Translations under genes and position numbers: made by a program
Notes under the pieces: generated by a model
Told to the model about the DNA's origin: nothing
Seen by the model: only the letters and a program-made list of their open reading frames with translations
The model's database searches: none
Shown here: piece after piece, positions 6,230 to 13,867 of the stretch
Layout of the letters: every line of letters starts with the position of its first letter
Numbering within the stretch: position 1 is the stretch's first letter
IMG/VR virus record: IMGVR_UViG_2617271085_000020
Span: 1-14,800 of that record
Strand: one strand, 5' to 3'
From: a virus
Lineage: Duplodnaviria; Heunggongvirae; Uroviricota; Caudoviricetes
Length of the DNA stretch: 14,800 nt

Positions 6230-9200
6230 TCAAACTTTACTGATAAAATAAACTGCCCTTGAGGCTTCTGCTCGGTTTAATTCGACCGTATAAGTTAAAT
6301 CAACAGCTTGTCCCGCTTCGATGTATGCGACACCACCGTTTGAACCGTTTAGAGATTGAGATTGAACGTAAACAACTTCTTGGCCGTTTGAGAGTCTTAA
6401 CCACGCTTTGCCACCACCCCAACCAGTACCACCAGAATAAGTTCTTCCGGCGATTGCAACGTTAGGAATAGCAATCATTCTTCTCCAACCAACAGCAGGA
6501 ATATGAACAGATCCCCACGGATCGACAAATCCCATTTTGATAACGTCACCTTCGATTCTGTCAGCGTAAACAGTCCCTGTGAAATAACCAGAACCACCTC
6601 TGATTTCTCCTGAGAAATAACCAGAATCAGCTTGAATATTTCCTTTAACTGTAACGTTTTGGAATGAAGCCCAACCATCTTTTCTAATTGTCCATCCTTG
6701 AGTACCACCGGAAGGAACCCAGTTATCAGAGGATATTTCCCAGGCAATTTGTGCTGAACCGATTTGAGCATTACCAATTTTCGCTGTTGTAATAGCACCG
6801 TCTTGAATCTGCGCGTTATTAATTGCAGCATTAGCAATTTTGGCATTATCAATTGCAGCATTAGCAATTTGAGCATTACCGATCGAAGCATTGCGAATCA
6901 TCGCGCTTTGTAAATAAACTCTATCATCTGCGACCATGAACGGTGGAACAGCATTAGGAGCAGTGTTATTATTTGTTATAGCAATCTTATCAGCGTTAAA
7001 AATAATGCTTGAGGCTTTATTTCCCGCAGCGTCCTTAGATGCCAACATACTAATACCAGCTACGACACCATCGGCGTTTGTAGAAACAGCCCATTTACTG
7101 TTAACAGTTCCTGCTAAATCGTCAACGCTTGCTTTTGCTTCGGTAGAAACAGTCGCGACCATATCCGTAGTTTCAGCTTTTAATTGGCTGATTTGTGAAG
7201 CTGTTGCAGCACGATCATCCGCTTGGGTTTTCTCAACTTCGGTTATAGCAGAGTTTAACTTACCGTCAAAATCAGCCGTTTGAATCGTAATAGCCTGATT
7301 GATAGCGCCTTGCGTTTCATTCGTTATCTGAGTATGCAACGTTGTATTAGACGTGCTGATCTTCTGATCAATCTCGGTTGTTACTTCCTGCTTAGTTGAT
7401 GTTATCTGAGTATCGGTATAAGCATTTGCGAGTTCTAAAGCGTCCTCGATAGCACCATCAACTCGTTGGTCTAAATCAAGCAAGTCGTTTAACTGGTCTT
7501 TCATATCTTCTGTCCATGGAATATCCCATTTCATGTTGATATAAACTGATTCAGTCCAAACTAATTGGTCTTGTCCGAAAACGTCATACCATGCAGCTCG
7601 AACATAATATTCACCGTCAACTAACGGGAAGTTTTCAATGAACTGGCTAGAACTCAACTGAACTTGATTAATGTCAGTGAATTCAGGATTATTTGAAACT
7701 TGAATAACAGTTCCAGAATAATCAGGTGCAACACTCATTGGATCGTTCCAAGAACACATCAATAATCCAGGACCATTCGAAGCAGTAAAACCGATTATTG
7801 CAGGAGCTTGATTATTTCTTACGATTAATTCAGTAGGTTCAGATCTTAAACCTGAATAACCAACAGCAGTGATTTCAAATTTAATTTCACGACTGATACC
7901 GTTTTGCTGGTTCATTCGTAAATCATAAATGAAGCTCAAATCTTTAGTTCTGTATACAACAGGTCTTTGTCCAGTGATTTTGATTTCGTAATACTGAAAT
8001 ACTTGTTCGAAAGTCTGTTGAACGCCGTCAACTTCGAATTTCTCTGAACTCTGATTATCCCATGCAAATTCAAATTGCGTTTGTTGCGTAACGTTGTTAT
8101 TAAACTCAGAGTTAACAAGTCTTAGACCACGAACTTTAGGCAGATTATAAACGACATCAGGGTTAACATTCATTGAATAAACCCATTCAGACGTATAGAA
8201 AACACCAGAAGCACAAACACGAATATCATATTTCTGCAATGGGTCCATGTTCATAATCAAGTAAGAATTTCCTGATGTGAATCCTGCTTGAGTCCATTGG
8301 TTTGTTCCTGCAACTGCATATTGAATATAAAAACCTGAACGGTTAAAATCTTGCTCTGAATTCCATGAAACTTTAAAAGTTCTTCCTAAAGCTGTTTCTG
8401 AAACGCTTGAAACTTTAAGATTCGTAGGAGCAATCAAGTATCCTTTGTTTGGTACGTTTGAACCGTTGTTATTAGGATCTTTCGCATAGTCTAAATCGGT
8501 ATAAACTTCTTCAATATATTCAGTAGCTGTGATGTTAACGATACCAGCAACGCCCTTATTCATTGAACGACTAACGTTAGTAACGCGCCATAACGAATCT
8601 TGCAAATTTAATTCATCAAAGTTAACTCTGATAACATCCCAAACTTGAATAGTATAGGAATCAGGAGAACTAAAGCTGATAATCTGTTTTAACAGTGATT
8701 TGTTACGTTCGATTGAAGCAAGTTTGTCCAATTGGTCTTTAGATTTCACAAAACGATAATTAACATCTTTCGCGATAATACGTTTATCATATTGAATTGT
8801 TTTGTCGGTCGTCACGTCAGATGGATAACGAAGAACTTGCTCGGAATAATCGATTGCAGGATCTTGATATTTCACGTTCAGCGTATTGTAATATTCCTCT
8901 GAACCACCTGAATTCAACGAAACTGAACCAGCAGAAATATTTTCTTCATCGAAATCAAATGAAACAACATCAGGACCATCGATTTTGCAATAAACTTGTC
9001 CGAATGATTCGAAAATCATTCCGTTAAAAGCACCTGCAAGCTGAGTTAAGTTTTCTTTAAACGTTGCGTTAGGGTCTGTTGCACCATCGGAAAATAGTTG
9101 ATTGCTTAAAGCATAATTTGCAGCAGCTTTAAAACTATCAAGGTTAATTTTATCAAGTGAAACTCCTAATCCGTATCGTTCGTTCGTCAGATAATCGACA

Positions 9201-9910
9201 ATCTGACTTGCACCGTTGCGAGATGGAACGATTTGTCCCGTGTTTAAGTCAGTAATCAAACGTCCTCTAACATCAACAGCGACCTGACTGTTAGGTTGTA
9301 GGATATCAGCTTGGTTTTGTAAGTCTGAATTTCGTTTCTGCATTACGATACAGCAAGAAGCGACACCGTTACCTGTAGCAGAAACAGGCCAGCCACTTGG
9401 GTCATTTCCTAAGTATTGTTCAGCAAGTTTGAAATGATGACCTTGTTCTTTACCAACAGAGAATTCAACTTGCACATAGTCTTGATATTGAGAAACGATT
9501 GAACCTCTTGAAACAATTCCATCACGATAAACGGCATCATTCAGAATACGCTTGTTATCGATATAAAGGTTTTTAAAGCTATCAACTTCACCTTCGGCAA
9601 TTGCAAAAATTTGCACCAAATAAGTCGTATCATTTCCTACAGCATCCCAAACGTTAATTGTTCCTGTGCGTTGTTCACCGTAGATAATCGGTAATACAGT
9701 TGAAGGATCAGACGTTGTTCCTAATGTTGTTGCGGTATCACTTGTATTAAATCGAGGAACAGTTGGTTGCATAGCTGTTGACATTAAAGCGGAAACAGCA
9801 GCAACAGCAACACCAATACCGATTGAAATAGCTAATGCCATCCCAGCGGCATAAGCAGCAAGACCAGCAGAAGCACCAGCGATGATTGCACCAATTGCGA
9901 CAATAGCCAT
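6230..9910 (-). CDS. Central tail fibre / host specificity protein, lambda gpJ-like, with an N-terminal gpI C-domain-like segment (1226 aa)
   Basis: The N-terminal 90 aa (hydrophobic Gly/Ala-rich stretch then ...STVLPIIYGEQRTGTINVWDAV) resemble the lambda gpI C-terminus (...NVLPVLYGEMRVGSRVVSQ). The remainder has fibronectin-III-like segments and a C-terminal region like lambda J (PPFMVADDRVYLQSAMIRNASIGNAQI ... GEIRGG ... DRIEGDVIK versus PMFVAQGNQIFMNDVFL ... TLRAEKIVGDIV). Lambda sequences are recalled from memory. Confidence 0.75.
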   Translation of the reverse strand: MAIVAIGAIIAGASAGLAAYAAGMALAISIGIGVAVAAVSALMSTAMQPTVPRFNTSDTATTLGTTSDPSTVLPIIYGEQRTGTINVWDAVGNDTTYLVQIFAIAEGEVDSFKNLYIDNKRILNDAVYRDGIVSRGSIVSQYQDYVQVEFSVGKEQGHHFKLAEQYLGNDPSGWPVSATGNGVASCCIVMQKRNSDLQNQADILQPNSQVAVDVRGRLITDLNTGQIVPSRNGASQIVDYLTNERYGLGVSLDKINLDSFKAAANYALSNQLFSDGATDPNATFKENLTQLAGAFNGMIFESFGQVYCKIDGPDVVSFDFDEENISAGSVSLNSGGSEEYYNTLNVKYQDPAIDYSEQVLRYPSDVTTDKTIQYDKRIIAKDVNYRFVKSKDQLDKLASIERNKSLLKQIISFSSPDSYTIQVWDVIRVNFDELNLQDSLWRVTNVSRSMNKGVAGIVNITATEYIEEVYTDLDYAKDPNNNGSNVPNKGYLIAPTNLKVSSVSETALGRTFKVSWNSEQDFNRSGFYIQYAVAGTNQWTQAGFTSGNSYLIMNMDPLQKYDIRVCASGVFYTSEWVYSMNVNPDVVYNLPKVRGLRLVNSEFNNNVTQQTQFEFAWDNQSSEKFEVDGVQQTFEQVFQYYEIKITGQRPVVYRTKDLSFIYDLRMNQQNGISREIKFEITAVGYSGLRSEPTELIVRNNQAPAIIGFTASNGPGLLMCSWNDPMSVAPDYSGTVIQVSNNPEFTDINQVQLSSSQFIENFPLVDGEYYVRAAWYDVFGQDQLVWTESVYINMKWDIPWTEDMKDQLNDLLDLDQRVDGAIEDALELANAYTDTQITSTKQEVTTEIDQKISTSNTTLHTQITNETQGAINQAITIQTADFDGKLNSAITEVEKTQADDRAATASQISQLKAETTDMVATVSTEAKASVDDLAGTVNSKWAVSTNADGVVAGISMLASKDAAGNKASSIIFNADKIAITNNNTAPNAVPPFMVADDRVYLQSAMIRNASIGNAQIANAAIDNAKIANAAINNAQIQDGAITTAKIGNAQIGSAQIAWEISSDNWVPSGGTQGWTIRKDGWASFQNVTVKGNIQADSGYFSGEIRGGSGYFTGTVYADRIEGDVIKMGFVDPWGSVHIPAVGWRRMIAIPNVAIAGRTYSGGTGWGGGKAWLRLSNGQEVVYVQSQSLNGSNGGVAYIEAGQAVDLTYTVELNRAEASRAVYFISKV
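6816..6875 (-). repeat. Tandem 30-bp direct repeat (two copies, about 27/30 identical) in the J-like gene, encoding the N-A-x-I peptide repeat region
   Basis: The 20-mer aattgcagcattagcaattt occurs at 6821-6840 and again at 6851-6870 with similar flanks. The protein here reads IANAAIDNAKIANAAINNAQI. Confidence 0.6.
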
Positions 9911-10326
9911 TATTTTCTCCTGTTAAAAATTAATTCGTATTCAAAATCTTTTACGTTTATCAAAGCGTATTTGTTGTTGTGTTCAATAATTGCTTTGTCG
10001 TTAAAGACAATCGACGCAACGTAATAAACTCGGCGTCTGTATGTTTTTTTAATTAAGACAATTGACCCTGTTTCGATAATGTTTGATTTTTCGAAATGCT
10101 TTTCACAAGCTTCTAAAACGTTATTAAAACCTGTAAGTTCTTTGCAGTGTTTTAAACCCGATTGAACAGAGTCATATTTGGAAATAAGTTTGCTTGCGTA
10201 ATCTGTTCCGCAAGTCATATCGATATATTCAGCGACAAGGATATTACAGTCGTTTTGACCGTATTTGTGTTCTTTGTTGATATAACGATTTAATAATTTT
10301 GATAAGTCAGCTTGAAATTTAAACAT
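9910..10326 (-). CDS. Lambda gpK-like tail assembly protein, NlpC/P60 (papain-like) domain only
   Basis: The motif KYGQNDCNILVAEYID resembles the lambda K catalytic-Cys region (HGVTDCYTLFRDAY), with a downstream His (IIEHNN). The stop overlaps the J-like start (TAATG at 9908-9912). The likely start is the ATG at 10326 (ribosome-binding site GAGGTG); the ORF track starts at GTG 10338. There is no JAB/MPN half. Confidence 0.45.
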   Translation of the reverse strand: MFKFQADLSKLLNRYINKEHKYGQNDCNILVAEYIDMTCGTDYASKLISKYDSVQSGLKHCKELTGFNNVLEACEKHFEKSNIIETGSIVLIKKTYRRRVYYVASIVFNDKAIIEHNNKYALINVKDFEYELIFNRRK

Positions 10327-10360
10327 TTTAAGATTCACCTCTGACTTTATTTAGAGCCAA

Positions 10361-10386
10361 AAAAAGACCCCGTTAGGAGTCTTTTA
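10361..10386 (-). terminator. Rho-independent terminator on the minus strand (AAAAGACUCC-UAAC-GGGGUCUUUU followed by UUU)
   Basis: On the minus-strand RNA the stem includes one G-U wobble pair and is followed by a U7 run. On the plus strand the same stem has a C-A mismatch, so it is oriented for the minus strand. It sits 20 nt after the 162-aa gene stop and directly before the gpK-like ribosome-binding site. Confidence 0.6.
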
Positions 10387-10405
10387 AGATTGAACAATAA
10401 AACGA

Positions 10406-10894
10406 TTAGCCTTCTGGAGTTGGAGCAGTCAAATCAACCAAAGCTTCGGCAATTGGACCACCATCAACACTCAGAGTCATAGCCTGTGCAGCAACTTCTG
10501 ATTCACCACCGGAATAAGTAGCGCTTGACAGGAAACCGTTATACATTTTTGCAACACCGATTTCTTTAGAAGCATCCATCCAATAAACGATTTTGAACTG
10601 ACCACGTTTACCATCTTCCGCAAGCTTATAAAGCTGATCATGAATAGACCCAGGAATATAGTTAACAGTCAAATCGATATCAGGAACAGAACCACGACCA
10701 ACCAGTTTACGGCTGTATTTGTGAGTAAAGTTAGGAGCAACGATTACCTCACGTTCGATACCAGTCGTAGGAAATGCGCCAACTTCAGGAACTTCTACGA
10801 ATTTCTCTGAGTCGATATCTTTGTTCAATACGTCAGAGTTGAAAAATACACTGACGTAAGAGCCAGCGAAAATATCATATGCTTTATCAGCCAT
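10406..10894 (-). CDS. Probable abundant virion structural protein (162 aa), possibly a major tail / tube-like protein
   Basis: Complete ORF with an AGGA ribosome-binding site, flanked by a stable hairpin upstream and a strong terminator downstream, which suggests high expression relative to neighbours. A loose resemblance to small siphovirus tail tube proteins (...KLAEDGKRGQFKIVYW...) is from memory only. Confidence 0.3.
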   Translation of the reverse strand: MADKAYDIFAGSYVSVFFNSDVLNKDIDSEKFVEVPEVGAFPTTGIEREVIVAPNFTHKYSRKLVGRGSVPDIDLTVNYIPGSIHDQLYKLAEDGKRGQFKIVYWMDASKEIGVAKMYNGFLSSATYSGGESEVAAQAMTLSVDGGPIAEALVDLTAPTPEG

Positions 10895-10936
10895 TTTAAA
10901 TATCCTTTATTAAGTAATAACGTTATTATTTAGATG

Positions 10937-10956
10937 AAAGGGACTTTCGTCCCTTT
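10937..10956. other. Perfect 8-bp hairpin (AAAGGGAC / GTCCCTTT) in the fibre to 162-aa intergenic region; GAAA tetraloop on the minus-strand RNA
   Basis: Read directly from the sequence. On the plus strand it is followed by a T-rich tract (terminator-like for antisense transcription). On the minus strand it lies upstream of the 162-aa gene and could be an mRNA processing or stability element. Confidence 0.3.
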
Positions 10957-10959
10957 TTA

Positions 10960-13815
10960 TTATTTAGCAAGTTCTAAAGCATCAAGACGCGCTTTTGTTT
11001 CTTTCAAATCAGCACTTAATTCCTTGATAGCATTAACAAGCAACGCGTTTACAGCAGCAGAGTTAACACCAAGAATTTCATCTTCGCCGAAAGAACTAAC
11101 AGCTTCTGGTAATACTTCTTTCAGTTCTTGAGCAATAATACCTGCTTCGCGAGTTACGAACGAATATTCAGTTTCTTTCAAATCTGATTTCTTATCGTAA
11201 ACGTAACCAGTTAACGTATTAACCTTATCAACTGCGTTTTCGATTTTTTCAAGATTTGATTTCAGACGTTTATCGGAAGTTGAAACCCAAGAAACAGCAT
11301 GGGCAGCACCATCAACGCTTCTAAATGTAAAGTTTGCACCTCTAACATGAAGCATGGCTTCATAAGCGCCGCCTGCTGGATTATAAATGTCCATTCCAGC
11401 AGACCATTCGGTTCCCCACTGAACAGATTTCCAAATGTTAATGCATTTATCAGTTGAACCCGCTTCTACGATCATTCCAGCAGGACGTTCACGCCATGCT
11501 CCCCAATCAGCCCAGCCATCAACTTGACCAACAATTAATGCGTTTGCGCTGCCTGTTCTGATATTATGAACATATACGCCACGAGAATCGTTTGGAGAAG
11601 AAACGCGCATAGTGGTTAATGAATTAATTCCCGCGTGGTCGAATGTTGCAACATGAACGCTATTTGCCAGAATTTCTAAGTTTCCATCAGTTCTTTGACG
11701 AATACCGGTGTCACCATCACCAAACGCAATTGAGTTTCCGCCTAGCACGTTAAGAGTATTAACACCGAAACTTGTTATCTGTCGGGTTTCAACTTTAGGA
11801 GTATCAACAATATTCGGTGATGCGAATCTTCCGTTTATATCAAATTCATAAATGGACTGATTTTTTCCGGCCATCGCAGCATGGTTCGGTTCAGAAACAC
11901 GTATTACACCTTTTCCGTACTGTGCACCGGCTCGAATTATTCCCATTTCAAAACGAGTATGATATCCATGCTGAGTTGACGTATTTTGCATTGCATATCC
12001 GGGATAATAATCGCTTTCGCCTGGAATAGACCCAAAGTCCAGTAAAACCGGAGGCGGCTGTTTCCATTGATCAGCCCAAGCGTGACTGTTTGTTGCTGCC
12101 CACTGAACACCACTAATTTCAACTCGGTTATCAAGAACTGCCATCGTGTTAATACCATTGGCATTAAGTTGAAGATGATTCTGTTTCAAAATAACAGCAG
12201 ATGATTGACCGGTGACCATGTTATTCTGGAAAAGAATGTCTGTATTCGCATCGGTCTTACCTAGCAACCAAGAGTTTTCTTTACCGTCGTTTTGTCCGCT
12301 AATATAAGAAGATCCGGCAGTTGCACTTATAAGCTTATACGCAGGACCGCCGCCATGTGCCTCAAATCTATTAGTTTTAAAGTTACCAGTTTCGTTCAGT
12401 GATGCAATCCAATTATCTGCACCAGTGCCATGCCACCATGTTAATGCTTGTGCGTATTTAGGATTATCGTGATGTGCCCATGCTAGTTCGTGCCACCATG
12501 AAGCTTCACCACATGCTCTAAAGTTTCGCATACGGTTAAAAGCTTGCGTAGATTGAGGCCAGTTGACCATGGAATAAATGTCATGCGTTCCGGGTGACTT
12601 ACCAGAAGTCACTATTCCCGCAAGAGGATGGGTCTGTCCACTTACTCTCAGACCATCAACTGAATCAATAAACGTAGCACCAGTTCCTCTCAGATAGTTA
12701 TGATATTTACCGGCATTTGACAATCCGAAATAAGTGTATCCGTCTCCGATTCCGTTTCCATCGGTCGTTGTATCGATTTTAAGCAAAGATGTGCCAGCAG
12801 GTGCCAGACCGTTAACGTTTCCTGCACCATCGCTTCTATATCTAATCGTAACTTGACGATTAAAAAAGTTTTGAGATCCTGCAACACTTGATACAACAAC
12901 ATTATTGGAATAAGTGTCTAACCAACCGTCTTCTCTCCATTTAAATCCTGTATCGGAATCTCCCATCATAATACTGTTAGCACCTAAACTATTAGGATTA
13001 GGACCCAAGTTAATATAATTTGCTTTGATACCGTCGGCATTCAATTTAGGAACAGTCAAGTCGCCAGTCATTGTGTCACCAGCTTTTGAAACCTTGGTAT
13101 TAATCATGTCGGTCAAAGTCTGATTATCAACAGTCAAACGATCATTAACAGCTTTAATCTTTGAATCTGCGTCGGCTTTGTTAGCGTCAACTTTCGTGTT
13201 AATAGTCGTATTGTTTAAATCAATCTTAGCGTTAAGACGATTGTCCAGCTCGGTGTTCGCTTCGGTCTGTTTCGTGTCGTTAGCGTTAACTTTATTCTCT
13301 AAAGCTGTCAGATTCGTTCCTGTTGCGTCGGAGACTTTCTTAATCTCTGAATCAACATAGTCTTTACGCGTTGCGTTATCAGCTTCAATTGGTGCAACTG
13401 GTAAACGTAAACGACCATTAACGAAATCATAAGTTGAATAACCTGTTGAAGCGTTTTTACCGTTCGAAACAACAACTTTCAAAGAGCCTTCGGAATCAGT
13501 TTGCTTTTCAGATTTCAATTCGACTTTTGCTTTACCGTGTTCATCTTCAAAAACGATAGAACTTTTCTCGGAATTTTTCAGAGAAATATCAGTGTCAGAT
13601 TTTAATTTATTTGCTTGAACGTCACCGATAAAAGTCTGTCCACCTTCGACGACAGAATCAGCACCATTACCGATATTAACGATTTCAGTTCCACGTTTCG
13701 TGAAAATGCTTTTATCGGTCATGTTAATAGCAATTTCACCTTCAAGCATTTTTGAAGCATCAGGTTTACGTCCTGCGACATCAGTCCTATAGTGTTTGAC
13801 TTTGTTATTAGCCAT
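10960..13815 (-). CDS. Long tail fibre protein (951 aa) with T4 gp37/gp36-like N-terminal region and C-terminal S74-type intramolecular chaperone domain
   Basis: N-terminus MANNKVKHYRTDVAGRKPDASKMLEGEIAINMTDKSIFTK resembles T4 gp37 ([41 protein letters not shown]). Internal TRKDYVD and GDTMTGDLTVP motifs are fibre-typical. The C-terminus (...TSDKRLKSNLEKIENAVDKVNTLTGYVYDKK ... GIIAQELKEVLPEAV ... LVNAIKELSADLKETKARLDALE) matches the autoproteolytic chaperone of T5 pb1 and K1F endosialidase-type fibres. T4 sequences are recalled from memory. Confidence 0.8.
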   Translation of the reverse strand: MANNKVKHYRTDVAGRKPDASKMLEGEIAINMTDKSIFTKRGTEIVNIGNGADSVVEGGQTFIGDVQANKLKSDTDISLKNSEKSSIVFEDEHGKAKVELKSEKQTDSEGSLKVVVSNGKNASTGYSTYDFVNGRLRLPVAPIEADNATRKDYVDSEIKKVSDATGTNLTALENKVNANDTKQTEANTELDNRLNAKIDLNNTTINTKVDANKADADSKIKAVNDRLTVDNQTLTDMINTKVSKAGDTMTGDLTVPKLNADGIKANYINLGPNPNSLGANSIMMGDSDTGFKWREDGWLDTYSNNVVVSSVAGSQNFFNRQVTIRYRSDGAGNVNGLAPAGTSLLKIDTTTDGNGIGDGYTYFGLSNAGKYHNYLRGTGATFIDSVDGLRVSGQTHPLAGIVTSGKSPGTHDIYSMVNWPQSTQAFNRMRNFRACGEASWWHELAWAHHDNPKYAQALTWWHGTGADNWIASLNETGNFKTNRFEAHGGGPAYKLISATAGSSYISGQNDGKENSWLLGKTDANTDILFQNNMVTGQSSAVILKQNHLQLNANGINTMAVLDNRVEISGVQWAATNSHAWADQWKQPPPVLLDFGSIPGESDYYPGYAMQNTSTQHGYHTRFEMGIIRAGAQYGKGVIRVSEPNHAAMAGKNQSIYEFDINGRFASPNIVDTPKVETRQITSFGVNTLNVLGGNSIAFGDGDTGIRQRTDGNLEILANSVHVATFDHAGINSLTTMRVSSPNDSRGVYVHNIRTGSANALIVGQVDGWADWGAWRERPAGMIVEAGSTDKCINIWKSVQWGTEWSAGMDIYNPAGGAYEAMLHVRGANFTFRSVDGAAHAVSWVSTSDKRLKSNLEKIENAVDKVNTLTGYVYDKKSDLKETEYSFVTREAGIIAQELKEVLPEAVSSFGEDEILGVNSAAVNALLVNAIKELSADLKETKARLDALELAK
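10963..11277 (-). other. Peptidase S74-like intramolecular chaperone domain (C-terminal ~105 aa of the fibre), predicted self-cleavage at the Ser preceding DKRLK
   Basis: Conserved S-D-x-R-x-K motif and the downstream amphipathic helices characteristic of the family. Confidence 0.6.
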
Positions 13816-13867
13816 TTCATTCTCCTGTTGAAAAATAACATCCTTGTTATTTAATTAATCAAATTTT

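Noticed and set aside
10406-10894. Assigning the 162-aa protein firmly as the major tail tube protein
   Set aside because: The resemblance to small siphovirus tube proteins is from memory and weak, and its position downstream of the fibre genes is atypical. Reported only as a probable abundant structural protein.
401-13360. Sixteen short ORFs in the ORF track lying inside longer genes: 401..583, 1302..1553, 4000..4293, 4370..4672, 4611..4883, 4786..4998, 6259..6465, 6475..6891, 6936..7283, 7936..8118, 8797..9027, 10934..11131, 11817..12029, 11937..12164, 12690..12902, 13178..13360
   Set aside because: Each is embedded within a much longer, better supported ORF, mostly antisense to it. They lack convincing ribosome-binding sites and have low-complexity or odd composition. 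The 6475..6891 ORF (MLKLLMLQL repeats) is simply the J-gene tandem repeat read in another frame.
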